A stretch of 24,586 nt of DNA, taken from assembly GCA_964549075.1 (NCBI GenBank), contig CAZJUB010000015.1:1-24586 (forward strand). The letters run 5' to 3'. This document shows, piece by piece, positions 1 to 9,363 of this stretch. The DNA comes from an uncultured archaeon (GTDB lineage: Archaea > Asgardarchaeota > Heimdallarchaeia > Heimdallarchaeales > Heimdallarchaeaceae). The translations under genes and the position numbers were made by a program. The notes beneath the pieces are model-generated. The model did no database searches, was not told the origin of the DNA, and saw only the letters and a list, made by a program, of their open reading frames with translations. Numbering within the stretch: position 1 is the first letter of the stretch; the number at the start of each line of letters is the position of its first letter.

Positions 1-2
1 TA

Positions 3-188
3 GGAATAAGTGAAAAAGAAATCAACGGACATTCAAGAGATTTTGCTAAAGCAGCCATATCAGAATATGGTTATAAACAAATGTTAAATGCGGCTAAAGC
101 TCTTGCGATGACTGCAATTGATGTTTTTACTGACGAAAAACTAGTAGCAGAGATGAATAAGGAATTTCAAGAAACAAGAACAAAGTAA
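3..188 (+). CDS. M20 family amidohydrolase, C-terminal fragment (gene starts before window)
   Basis: Manual translation from base 3: GISEKEINGHSRDFAKAAISEYGYKQMLNAAKALAMTAIDVFTDEKLVAEMNKEFQETRTK*. The H-S-x-x-F ... AKALAMTAID motif is typical of the C-terminus of AbgB/PM20D2-like M20 enzymes. Not in the ORF track. Confidence 0.8.
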   Translation, partial: GISEKEINGHSRDFAKAAISEYGYKQMLNAAKALAMTAIDVFTDEKLVAEMNKEFQETRTK

Positions 189-274
189 GAGAAAAAGATT
201 CAAACATTCTCTTTATTTCTTTTTTATCTTCATTAACATACAAATATAAATAGATGTTTCCTCAAAACTGTTGT

Positions 275-1576
275 ATGAAAGTTTCGAAAGAAAAAGTAAG
301 ATACTTAGTCTTTGAAGGAGGGGGAGGAAAAGGTGTTGCTTATCTTGGAGCAGTACAAGCTCTAGAAGAATTGGGCATATTGTCTTATGTGAGTAAAAAC
401 AGAGATGGGAAAGAAACAATTCTTCTAGATAATAAGAAGATATTTGGTATATCTGGAACTTCTGTTGGTTCAGTTACCGCACTTATCCTTTCTTGTGGGT
501 ACAATCCTAAAGAAATAGAAGAGATTTTGAAAGGAGATATTGGTGAGAAACTTCTTGATACAGTTGAATTTGACAAAATTCCTACCGTTTATACTGATAA
601 ACACCCAGTCTACGTTATAGATGATCCAGAATTAGAACGAGATCAGCTCCTTCTTGACAAATACATGAAAGAGTATATGGTTGCTGATCAAAAATCCTTC
701 GGGGGTCTTCTTAAAATACCGGGTAAAGCAATCACAGAGTTAAATTTCAAGTTCTTAGCAAGTATATTCAAATGGTACGTTTACTACGAAGCGCGTCGAA
801 CAAAAGAAGAAGAAGAGGCATCAAAACACGAATTTATTACTACCGTTCCTGAAATCGTTCAGAAAAAAACCGTAAAACAAGCTTTTGATATGATTGTTGA
901 TAATCCCGCTGAAAGTATTAGTAGTTTCAAATATGAATTTGGATTCTTTCTTGCAAAGGCTTTTCGTGAGAAAGTAGATAATTTGATTATGGAAAAGTGT
1001 GGCATAAAGAATTGCACTTTTAAACAATTTTATGATTTCTTTGGAATAGACTTAGTAGTTGCAGCTTTTGATGTTTCTACAAATCAGACCTATTATTTCC
1101 GAAATGATGAAAAATGGGAAAATCTCTGTGTTGCTGATGCTGTGAGAATGTCAGTAAGTATTCCTATTATCTTCAAACCTGTAGTTTTTGGGATTAAGAA
1201 TAACAAGTTTACTTCTGCTTTAGAGGATACTCCTAAAAGTTACATCGTTGATGGAGGTTTAGGTAATTCATTTCCTTTTCATGTTTTTGATGAACCGGGT
1301 AAAGATAAACTTAATCCTCATGTGTTAGGTTTTAATCTTCAATTCTACCGTCCTTTCACTGAAGGTGATACAACATTTTTTGGTTTCTTAGAAAATATCT
1401 TTCTAGCACTATTAAGATTAACGACAGAAGCCCAGTTCAAACATCCAGAAGAAAGAGATCAAGCTATAGAAGTCGAATCTAAGGAACTAGGAGTGTTAGA
1501 TTTCAAATTTGAGGAATTACCACAAGAATTAATCGCAAGAGTGAAAAAGACAACTTTAGATTATTTCAAAAAATAA
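275..1576 (+). CDS. Patatin-like phospholipase (ExoU/VipD-like subgroup)
   Basis: Oxyanion loop FEGGGGKG, nucleophile GTSVG, AVRMSVSIP and catalytic DGG. ATG 275 preferred over 254 because a TATA-like AATATAAA lies ~30 nt upstream. Confidence 0.9.
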   Translation: MKVSKEKVRYLVFEGGGGKGVAYLGAVQALEELGILSYVSKNRDGKETILLDNKKIFGISGTSVGSVTALILSCGYNPKEIEEILKGDIGEKLLDTVEFDKIPTVYTDKHPVYVIDDPELERDQLLLDKYMKEYMVADQKSFGGLLKIPGKAITELNFKFLASIFKWYVYYEARRTKEEEEASKHEFITTVPEIVQKKTVKQAFDMIVDNPAESISSFKYEFGFFLAKAFREKVDNLIMEKCGIKNCTFKQFYDFFGIDLVVAAFDVSTNQTYYFRNDEKWENLCVADAVRMSVSIPIIFKPVVFGIKNNKFTSALEDTPKSYIVDGGLGNSFPFHVFDEPGKDKLNPHVLGFNLQFYRPFTEGDTTFFGFLENIFLALLRLTTEAQFKHPEERDQAIEVESKELGVLDFKFEELPQELIARVKKTTLDYFKK

Positions 1577-1605
1577 GAAGAAATAAGATTAGGTTCGAAA
1601 TCAAA

Positions 1606-1613
1606 TTTATATA
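1606..1613 (+). promoter_or_regulatory. Archaeal TATA box (TTTATATA) for the CWH43-like gene
   Basis: First T is 31 nt before ATG 1637 and purine-rich CGAAA lies upstream. Confidence 0.55.
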
Positions 1614-1636
1614 AAACCTTAATCTTTTTCTCTAAC

Positions 1637-3640
1637 ATGTCATTCTTCAAGAAATATCTAGTTGGAGATTTCTCTCTGATTGTTTTATTTTCAGTTATTT
1701 TCTTATTCTTTCTTCAAACTCTTTCTGATCTATTTGAAATAATTTACTCTTATGATCTATTAATTCTAGAACCTGATGAAAACATTTTAGGATTGTTGTT
1801 TTTGTTATCACCATTAGTACTACTTGCTTTTTGGAAAAAAATACCTGAAATAGCTTTACTAATCTCAGGAGAGATCATTATTATTTCTAGACTTATTGAA
1901 CCTATAGTTTTTGGGATATGGATTTATATTTTTGCAGGTTTAGCTGTTGGTAGTTTTCTTATATTCTTTCCAGGAATTATAATTGAAATCAAAGATAAAG
2001 AACAAAAGATTGGAGTGGATTTAGGTATTGGATTAGCGTTTGCAGTTGGTTTATCTATTCTCTTTAGAGTCGCTGGAGTATCAAAAGATATTTCTCAATA
2101 TAAGTGGTTTCAGATTATTGGATGGGTTTTAGGTATTGTTGCAGCTCTTATTCTAATAGGATTGTTTTCTAAAATAAAAACTAAAAAGGAGGAAACATCC
2201 AAAACTTCTGAACAAGTAATTAAATTCAGCTTTTGGAAAATACTTGGTTTATCTTTGGGGATATTTAGTATATTCATCACGTTGTGGTTTACCTTCATGA
2301 GCCCGACAGTGATTTCAAGATGGACTGAGGGGAACTATATTGGTATAGTAATTGGGATATTACTTATGCTTGGTATTTTTATAGGCTTGAACCTTTGGAA
2401 ACCTGATTTAATTAATAAACTTAAACCATTAGTACTCTGGATTTGGAACAGTTTATTTGCCTTATCTATGACTTTAACTGTGCTTGCTCATCAGATATTC
2501 TTTCCAACAGATTCAAGTAGTTATCCTCTTTTAGCTCCTGTTACTGCTTGGTACCAACAAATTCCTTTAGTAATAATGATCATAACTTCACCAATTTTGT
2601 ATATAGATTTCATTCTTCTTACTAAAGAAATATCAAAACTTAGACCTACTCCTATAAAGATGGGAGGAAGTTTTGTGATTGGAGGTATTTTCATTGTAAT
2701 AATGGTCTTTATGCAGATTCTTCCAAATGTATGGGGATATTTAGAACCTATAAGTACAGGATTTCGAGACATGTATTGGTTAGCGTTCTTTATACCTGGA
2801 GTAATAATTACTTTAAGTATTTTACCAATCAAGAAAGCTACATTATCATTTAAAGCAATACCAAAGAAAATCAATACAAAAATTATTGTTTCAGCTATTT
2901 TTGGAATAATTTTCATCGGAACAATTGTAGGAGCAGTATTGACTAAACCTAGTCCTAACTATTCTGCTTCAGGTAAAACCTCTTTGATTATTATGACTTA
3001 TAATATTCAACAAGGCGTTAATATCTCAGGAGACTGGAATTTCGATGAACAACTTAAATTGATTAAAGCAGTTAATCCTGATATCCTTGGACTCCAAGAA
3101 TGTGATTCAGATAGAATATCTTGTGGAAATCTAGACGTTGTTAGATACTTTGCATCTAGACTAAACATGTATTCTTACTATGGTCCTAAAACGGTAACTA
3201 ATACTTACGGTTGTGCCATTTTGTCTAAATATCAGATATTAAATCCTTTTTCGTTCTTTGCAGTTAGTGATACAGAACAGATCGGTTCAGCACAAGCACA
3301 AATTACAGTGGGAACGACAGAATTTAATGTGGCGGTTAACCATCCTGCTGGAGACTCAACTCAAGTAAGAATAGATCAGAATCTAGAGATGCTTGAAATG
3401 GTGAATGGATTATCTCATGTTATTTTTATGGGAGATTTTAATTTTAGACCTTATACCCAAATGTATAACGATACAATTGCAGCTGGATTAGTAGACTCAT
3501 ACGCATCTGTTCATGGTTCCCCAGCTTTAGATAACATTGATCACATATTTTTGAGTTCGGGAACTACAGTAATTAGTTCACAGTATATCGAAGAAGGGCA
3601 ATCAGACCATCCAGCTTACTGGATAGAGATTGTTCTCTAA
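1637..3640 (+). CDS. CWH43/PGAP2IP-like multi-pass membrane protein with C-terminal endonuclease/exonuclease/phosphatase (EEP) domain
   Basis: About 12-13 hydrophobic segments, then EEP motifs MTYNIQQG, PDILGLQE, GDFN, IDHIF and SDH. The segment QECDSDRISCGNLDVVRYFASRLNMYSYYGP...YGCAILSKY resembles the CWH43 C-terminal domain. Confidence 0.8.
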   Translation: MSFFKKYLVGDFSLIVLFSVIFLFFLQTLSDLFEIIYSYDLLILEPDENILGLLFLLSPLVLLAFWKKIPEIALLISGEIIIISRLIEPIVFGIWIYIFAGLAVGSFLIFFPGIIIEIKDKEQKIGVDLGIGLAFAVGLSILFRVAGVSKDISQYKWFQIIGWVLGIVAALILIGLFSKIKTKKEETSKTSEQVIKFSFWKILGLSLGIFSIFITLWFTFMSPTVISRWTEGNYIGIVIGILLMLGIFIGLNLWKPDLINKLKPLVLWIWNSLFALSMTLTVLAHQIFFPTDSSSYPLLAPVTAWYQQIPLVIMIITSPILYIDFILLTKEISKLRPTPIKMGGSFVIGGIFIVIMVFMQILPNVWGYLEPISTGFRDMYWLAFFIPGVIITLSILPIKKATLSFKAIPKKINTKIIVSAIFGIIFIGTIVGAVLTKPSPNYSASGKTSLIIMTYNIQQGVNISGDWNFDEQLKLIKAVNPDILGLQECDSDRISCGNLDVVRYFASRLNMYSYYGPKTVTNTYGCAILSKYQILNPFSFFAVSDTEQIGSAQAQITVGTTEFNVAVNHPAGDSTQVRIDQNLEMLEMVNGLSHVIFMGDFNFRPYTQMYNDTIAAGLVDSYASVHGSPALDNIDHIFLSSGTTVISSQYIEEGQSDHPAYWIEIVL

Positions 3641-3647
3641 AATTTTT

Positions 3648-4190
3648 TTATTTTTCTTTCTTCTTTTTGACTAATATCACTCTTTTTTTTATTTCCATTA
3701 CTTCAAATTTTCCGCTTTTAGTGATTTGATTAAGGTACTTTTCCATGGGTCTACCCGATTTTTGAATCGACATTAAACCTCCAGGTTTTAATATACGATA
3801 CATTTCTTTCACTAATTCATCAATGATTGCTGTTAGGTTGTGAAAAACTCCAAAGAAGAATGCTACATCTATACTGTTATCATCTAAAGAAGTCTGAAGC
3901 ACATTTTCTAATTTTATTTCAATATTGTTCTTATCCATTTTCTCAATCTTTCTTTTAACTTTCTTAACGAAAATAGGATTGATTTCAATTGCGTAAATGA
4001 ATCCATCTTTTCCAACGATATCAGCTGCTGGAATTGTGAAAAAACCTGGACCGAATCCGACTTCTAAAACTTTATCTCCTTTTTTCAAACCCGCTGAAAC
4101 CAACATTTCAGTAGGATCAACAAATAAGCTGTAAAGATATTTATGCATAAGAGTTATGGATGCTGCTTCTACACGATCATGTAATGACAT
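3648..4190 (-). CDS. Class I SAM-dependent methyltransferase (UbiE/Methyltransf_11/31-like)
   Basis: VLEVGFGPG motif I, YAIEI motif II, SIDVAF, EMYRILKPGG. Confidence 0.9.
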   Translation of the reverse strand: MSLHDRVEAASITLMHKYLYSLFVDPTEMLVSAGLKKGDKVLEVGFGPGFFTIPAADIVGKDGFIYAIEINPIFVKKVKRKIEKMDKNNIEIKLENVLQTSLDDNSIDVAFFFGVFHNLTAIIDELVKEMYRILKPGGLMSIQKSGRPMEKYLNQITKSGKFEVMEIKKRVILVKKKKEK

Positions 4191-4292
4191 TTTATTCGTC
4201 TTGTTCAGTAGTTTTCCACATATTTTAACCTATGCAAAAAACTATTTTTAGATTGAAGAAACAGAAAAAATGTGGTTGAACAAAATAAAATT

Positions 4293-5579
4293 TCAGTTTT
4301 TATCATTTATAACCTCTAGAATAGTTTCCTTTACATTTGTAGATATTCGTTTTATTCGCTTTTCTTCATGTGCATATTTACTAAAAAGAATATGAAAATG
4401 GAACTTGTTTCTCATGGTGTAAACAACAGCAACTATGACATTAATAGGAAAAGATAGTCCACCATAAAAAGATTCTATTGGAAGTTTTTCAGTATCAAAC
4501 ACTGGTCCTAATTCATCTAGAGGTCCAAGATTAGTTATTGTAAATGGTTTTTGGTTTGATACAACATCTATAAGAATTGGTCCGAGTTCTCTTAAGGTGT
4601 CTACAGGGACATTTTTATGAACATACTTATGAATCCAAAAAGCTCTCTTGATATTTAGTTCATGAGCAAGTTTCTTCTGGTATTTTCTTACGTTTTTCCA
4701 AAAGGACTTATTCTTCCTATATCTCATTCTTACCAGAGCAGCTCCAGCATATAAATCAAAAGATTCTCCAACATCTATAGCCAATTTTTCCCGTAGATTG
4801 ACAGTATTATTGATAGCTGAGAGATATGGTAAGAATGCTGTACTTACAGCACTATGAACAGTTACTTTATTTTTTTTACATACTTTGAGAAAAGAATCTG
4901 TTTGTTTTTCAGTCAATGACCAAGAAATAAAATTTAAATCACCTTTTCTATTATTGAGAGTGTTTTTTATTCTCTTTGAACCTAAACTCAATATGTACCT
5001 CAAAAATTGAATAATTTTGAACAATACTAGAACTAATTTAGTTTTAATTGCAGTGTTTGGAATCTTCTTTCTAACTTCTCTTGGAAAAAAATCACCTTTA
5101 TACAAAGAAGCATCAAGTTTTTTTACTTCATCATCTGGATTAGATAAGAAATGAACTAAATCTCTAACTAGATAAACCATAGATAGACCATCAGCGAGTA
5201 TATGCTGAGCACACAATATTAAGTCTGATCTATCCTTCGAACTGAGATAAGTTACTCTGAACAAAGGGAGATCCTTACTGTTCAAATCAAAAGGTTTGTT
5301 TAGATGTTCAACTGCAAACTTTTTTGTATATTCTTCATTTCGATAATCTTGAAAATTAATAGGAATAGCACCTACATCTTTTGAAGTTAACCCTATTTTT
5401 CCATCTTCACTTTTAATAATCCTTACTTTGAGTAGAGGATGCCTAACTTGAATTTTCTTGAAAGCGAGAATAAGCTCGTCTTGAGAGACTCTGCCTGAAA
5501 TATGGAGAGTTACTACAATGTTGTAAGGTTGACCAGCAGCGTAATTAAGATACTCTATATCGTGAAGAGGACGAATCAT
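4293..5579 (-). CDS. Condensation-domain / alcohol acyltransferase (PapA5-, Atf-like CoA-dependent acyltransferase)
   Basis: RHPLLKVRI, PLFRV, catalytic HxxxDG (QHILADG), CKKNKVTVHSA and ITNLG. Confidence 0.8.
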   Translation of the reverse strand: MIRPLHDIEYLNYAAGQPYNIVVTLHISGRVSQDELILAFKKIQVRHPLLKVRIIKSEDGKIGLTSKDVGAIPINFQDYRNEEYTKKFAVEHLNKPFDLNSKDLPLFRVTYLSSKDRSDLILCAQHILADGLSMVYLVRDLVHFLSNPDDEVKKLDASLYKGDFFPREVRKKIPNTAIKTKLVLVLFKIIQFLRYILSLGSKRIKNTLNNRKGDLNFISWSLTEKQTDSFLKVCKKNKVTVHSAVSTAFLPYLSAINNTVNLREKLAIDVGESFDLYAGAALVRMRYRKNKSFWKNVRKYQKKLAHELNIKRAFWIHKYVHKNVPVDTLRELGPILIDVVSNQKPFTITNLGPLDELGPVFDTEKLPIESFYGGLSFPINVIVAVVYTMRNKFHFHILFSKYAHEEKRIKRISTNVKETILEVINDKN

Positions 5580-5693
5580 TATTAATATAGGATATAATAG
5601 ATATTTCTTTTTTTCCCTTGATATACAGTATTTTGCATAAAATATATAAACACCAAACTTTCAATAATTTCGTCACAAAATATAGGTGAAAAC

Positions 5694-6059
5694 ATGGTTT
5701 TATTGTTAATAAGCGGTATCTATGCAATCGTTTTGGGTCTTGGAATAATTGGATTATGGATTATGTTACTAGCAACTAGGCAAGTACCAGAATTAAAAAC
5801 TGAAAAAATCGAAATAATTTTTCATATTACAGTAGAAAGTGTTATGGGAATTTTAAGTTTAGTAAGTGGAATTCTCCTGCTATTTAATCTAAACTGGGCA
5901 GTCTATCTTTTTATCTTGGCAATGGGTTTGGTAACCTATGCAGTAATTAATTCAGCAGGTTATTATGCTCAAAAGAAAGAATTAGCATTTGTAATAATGT
6001 TTGCAGTAATTTTAACAGTATCAACAACTTTAGTTATTTTGAATATGATTTCAATTTAA
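5694..6059 (+). CDS. Small 4-TM membrane protein, function unknown
   Basis: Four hydrophobic helices, an intramembrane HxxxE (FHITVE) and RBS AGGTGA just upstream. Confidence 0.75.
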   Translation: MVLLLISGIYAIVLGLGIIGLWIMLLATRQVPELKTEKIEIIFHITVESVMGILSLVSGILLLFNLNWAVYLFILAMGLVTYAVINSAGYYAQKKELAFVIMFAVILTVSTTLVILNMISI

Positions 6060-6153
6060 GAATTAGAAAACATAAAAAAACTTACTAACAGTAGCAAAAT
6101 TGTTGCAAAAATGTATTTAGCTACTTTTTATATCATTTGAAAATATTAGTGTA

Positions 6154-6447
6154 TTGAAGCTTATGGGTAAAAGGTATTGCTTTTTTTGTAGAGACTGTGA
6201 ATTAAGATTAACCTTATTTGATGATGTCGGAAAAAATTCTCAAAATCGAATAGCTAACTATTATTGTCCCACTTGTGAAAAAATTGTCTACCATGATACA
6301 TGTTTAACTTGTAATACTAAACTCAGCTTAATAGTAGATATACCGGAAAGTATTCTCCAAGGAGTTGAAGAGCGAGCACAGAATGGAGAATGTCCAAGAT
6401 GCAAAAATGATCGAACGATTGTTGTTTTTCTTGGAGAATGGGAATAA
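6154..6447 (+). CDS. Small double zinc-ribbon protein
   Basis: Four CxxC pairs (CRDC, CPTC, CLTC, CPRC). Start is TTG 6154 or ATG 6163. Confidence 0.7.
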   Translation: MKLMGKRYCFFCRDCELRLTLFDDVGKNSQNRIANYYCPTCEKIVYHDTCLTCNTKLSLIVDIPESILQGVEERAQNGECPRCKNDRTIVVFLGEWE

Positions 6448-6478
6448 GTTTTATAATTGTTCCAATAATCCAATTCCC

Positions 6479-7312
6479 ATGAAATATAACCAAGTTACTG
6501 ATAATGTTACTCAATTACAAATTGCTCAAGGTTCCAACATTGTATGTATTTCATTAGAGGATGAACTTATTTTCATCGACACAGGATTAAATACCATTGT
6601 TGCCAATGATTTTAGAAAACAAATGGAACAAAAATACCAGAAAAAAGCAAGTATGCTATTGATAACGCATGCCCATATTGACCATTTTCTCGGTATGAAA
6701 GCATTTTCTGATTGTACGATCGTAGCAGCTGAAGCAGCACAACAAAGATTTTCTAGATTTGTCGGTTTACAATTTACGGATGAAATAATAGAAAATATGA
6801 GTAAAATATTTCCATCCATAAAAACGGCAGTTACTGTGGCTAAAATATCTAAACCTCATTTATGGGTAAAAGAGAGAAAACCTTTTGGACCTAATGAGGA
6901 AATTTTATTCGAAGTTAAAGGAGGTCATTCTAGTTGCTCCTCAACGATTTTTTACAAATCTGACAAAATTCTTATGGTTGGAGATTTAATCCAAGCTAAA
7001 GTATGTCCATATTTTGGAGAACCTGATACTGACATGAACAAATGGATTCAAGCGTTGAAAGAATGGAATAACCAAGATATAGATTACATTCTGCCTGGTC
7101 ATGGAGGAATTTTAAACAAAGATTACGCTCAATCTGTTCTGGAGTTTTTTGAAAAAATAATCAAAGAACTACGAAAATTTAAGAAGGAAGGTTTATCAGA
7201 AGAAGAACTATTGAAACAACCAGTTTTTTCCAAAGGATACTGGCCAGAGAATGCGATTAGAAAACCTGCATATAATTATAGCTTACTGAATTTATATAGA
7301 CAATTAAAATGA
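6479..7312 (+). CDS. Metallo-beta-lactamase fold hydrolase (cyclase-like)
   Basis: IDTG, THAHIDH, GGHS, VGD and PGHG motifs. Start reassigned to ATG 6479 because TTTATAAT lies ~29 nt upstream and this removes the overlap with the zinc-ribbon gene. Confidence 0.9.
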   Translation: MKYNQVTDNVTQLQIAQGSNIVCISLEDELIFIDTGLNTIVANDFRKQMEQKYQKKASMLLITHAHIDHFLGMKAFSDCTIVAAEAAQQRFSRFVGLQFTDEIIENMSKIFPSIKTAVTVAKISKPHLWVKERKPFGPNEEILFEVKGGHSSCSSTIFYKSDKILMVGDLIQAKVCPYFGEPDTDMNKWIQALKEWNNQDIDYILPGHGGILNKDYAQSVLEFFEKIIKELRKFKKEGLSEEELLKQPVFSKGYWPENAIRKPAYNYSLLNLYRQLK

Positions 7313-7322
7313 AGGGAAAGCT

Positions 7323-7844
7323 TTGAATAGAATCGTAGTAATTGGAAATTCAGCATCTGGTAAATCAACTCTCTCAATGAAAATAAAAGAAATACTCGAT
7401 ATTCCAGTCTATCATCTTGATAAAATCCTATGGAAACCAGGATGGGAAAGAACACCAGAAAATGAATTCAGAGAAGAACACGAAAAAATCCTAAATTCAG
7501 AGAAATGGATAATTGATGGAGTTGCTTACAAATCAACACTAGAAGAAAGATTTTCTAAAGCTGATGCAATAATATTTTTAGATATACCTTTAGAAATCTG
7601 TAAAGAAAGAGCACTTCAACGAATGCATGAAGATTTAGAAAGACCAAATCCATATGTTTCTGAAGGATGCCCGTATCCTCTAGAATTAGTCGATGAACAA
7701 AACAAAACTATCGAACTTTTTCATAATGAATATAGAGAATTTATACTAGGGCTATTAAATAAGTACAAAAAAAATAGATATGTTAAGTATCTAAAAGATG
7801 AAGAAGATACAAAAAGATTACTTGAAGACCTTAGAAATTATTGA
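7323..7844 (+). CDS. P-loop kinase, adenylate kinase-like / topology modulation protein (FlaR-like)
   Basis: Walker A GNSASGKST, HLDKILWKPGW, WIIDG and ADAIIFLD. TTG start 10 nt after the MBL stop, probably co-transcribed. Confidence 0.85.
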   Translation: MNRIVVIGNSASGKSTLSMKIKEILDIPVYHLDKILWKPGWERTPENEFREEHEKILNSEKWIIDGVAYKSTLEERFSKADAIIFLDIPLEICKERALQRMHEDLERPNPYVSEGCPYPLELVDEQNKTIELFHNEYREFILGLLNKYKKNRYVKYLKDEEDTKRLLEDLRNY

Positions 7845-8419
7845 TACATTTCTTCTAGTTTTTCCATTGACAATTGGTTGACCAACCATGTAAAAGCCTC
7901 AATTACTCCAAAACCAGTTAAAGCGCTACAATCAAAGACAGCAAAGGTTCGATCTTTCATATCAAGATGCAAATTAAGCAACTGAATTAGCATTGGAGCT
8001 TGTATAGCAGCTGGAAGGTCTTGTTTATTGGCTAGAATTAAAGCAGGAACTCCTACTAAGTAGGGATTATTAATTAGATGAATACGAAGAATATCTCGAG
8101 CTTCAGGTAAACGTTCGATGTCAGCAGCATCTATTACAAATATAACAGCTGAGCTGCCTGGATAATGTATATCCCAAAGAAATCGAAATTGCTCTTGTCC
8201 TGCTACATCAATTGTAGTGATATCCCACCCATCAAAATTTATTGTATCAATATTTTGCCCTATGGTAGGAGTAATACCTTCAAAAAAATCACCTGTATTA
8301 ACATACTTTGTTAAAGTGGTTTTACCTGCAGCATCGAGTCCAAGAATCAGAATTTTAGCTTTTTTTTCAGTTTTTAATTTCCTCATTAACCATCGGGAAA
8401 AATTGGACATAAAGCTCAT
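7838..8419 (-). CDS. Arf-family small GTPase (Asgard Arf-related)
   Basis: G1 GLDAAGKTT, G2 PTIG, G3 DVAGQ followed by RFLW, G4 ANKQD and G5 CSAL. N-terminal amphipathic helix; GGAG RBS upstream. Confidence 0.92.
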   Translation of the reverse strand: MSFMSNFSRWLMRKLKTEKKAKILILGLDAAGKTTLTKYVNTGDFFEGITPTIGQNIDTINFDGWDITTIDVAGQEQFRFLWDIHYPGSSAVIFVIDAADIERLPEARDILRIHLINNPYLVGVPALILANKQDLPAAIQAPMLIQLLNLHLDMKDRTFAVFDCSALTGFGVIEAFTWLVNQLSMEKLEEMYQ

Positions 8420-8559
8420 TTTGATTCTCCGTTCTACTGCAATAATCGTCTAAAGATGACTCTTATTTAGCAGTTTGAATGTTATTATATTTTTAATATT
8501 GTTTTTAAAACTACTGTTGGTCTAACAAGATAAATGGTAAAAGTGGTGAATATAGAGTT

Positions 8560-9261
8560 CTATTTTTTTATCTTATCAATTAGCTGAGCATAATCCTTAG
8601 AATTTGCTACCAATTCAACTAAACTTAACATTTGAATTTCTGACACTACTTCATCTAATGACAGATTATCTACTAACTCTACAAATTTTTCCGATTTTTC
8701 TCCGAAGAGCACATCAGTAATCTTCTTAGTACTCGTAATCAAAAGATTAGAAAATTCTTCTACTTGTTTTAAATCAGGTGAAGTAATATCATAGACCAAT
8801 CCTATCAAATTAGCTAAACTTTCAATGCAATGAGATTTTAAGCAACTCATTTTTTTATAGAAACCTTCTACAAAGAAGAATTTTGCAGTTCTAGCAAAAA
8901 GTTTCTCTGTCATAGGATTCTCTAATGAGACTCTCTTTCCAATAGGAGCAACAAAATCGACCTCAATTAGATCTTTAATGTACCTGTAAAGTGACTTATC
9001 AGAACGCTTTTTCTTTTCAATATACTCTTTCTTTTCTTTTTCTGATGTAATATCTTTTTGTTTTAGTTCCTTTAAAGCTACTTTTTCCATGTATTTGTTA
9101 TAATCCTCCTCAATCTCCTTAACAGTCTTATAACCTTCCCTTAGTGACATAAGAATAGGAAAATACACTTGATTACCCATCATTTGTATTTGTTGTTCTT
9201 CGCTAACTAGTATCACTGGCTTTTGTTTAAAGTTTGGATCAAGTACATCTTGAGTTTCCAT
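8560..9261 (-). CDS. Winged-helix (ArsR-like) transcriptional regulator
   Basis: ILMSLREGYKTVKEI ... KSLYRYIKDLIEVDFV ... TEKLFARTAKFF, a wHTH with a charged insertion. Divergent from a GNAT gene. Confidence 0.75.
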   Translation of the reverse strand: METQDVLDPNFKQKPVILVSEEQQIQMMGNQVYFPILMSLREGYKTVKEIEEDYNKYMEKVALKELKQKDITSEKEKKEYIEKKKRSDKSLYRYIKDLIEVDFVAPIGKRVSLENPMTEKLFARTAKFFFVEGFYKKMSCLKSHCIESLANLIGLVYDITSPDLKQVEEFSNLLITSTKKITDVLFGEKSEKFVELVDNLSLDEVVSEIQMLSLVELVANSKDYAQLIDKIKK

Positions 9262-9321
9262 AAAGTACCCCTACATTTGCTTCTACTTTCTAATTTTAAA
9301 GCTTTCGCAAGCACTAATAAG

Positions 9322-9342
9322 TTTTCTCATAAGATAAGAAAG
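9322..9342. promoter_or_regulatory. Palindromic operator 1 (TTTTCTCAT-AAG-ATAAGAAAA)
   Basis: 9-bp arms with 1 mismatch and a 3-nt spacer, immediately upstream of the TATA box TTTATAA. Confidence 0.6.
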
Positions 9343-9363
9343 TTTATAAGTGTTTTTTAGAAC

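Noticed and set aside
275-1576. Patatin as a CBASS (CapV-like) or other defence effector
   Set aside because: No cyclase (CD-NTase), Cap2/3 or other defence genes are nearby, and the context is metabolic.
213-2916. Short antisense ORFs (213-419, 385-576, 821-1027, 2110-2298, 2521-2916)
   Set aside because: They are shadows of well-supported plus-strand genes and show no motifs.
5545-8453. ORFs 5545-5727, 6288-6473, 6323-6514, 6526-6819 and 8217-8453, and the 6365 start for the MBL gene
   Set aside because: They are antisense or overlapping shadows. The MBL N-extension overlaps the zinc-ribbon gene and spans its own TATA box.
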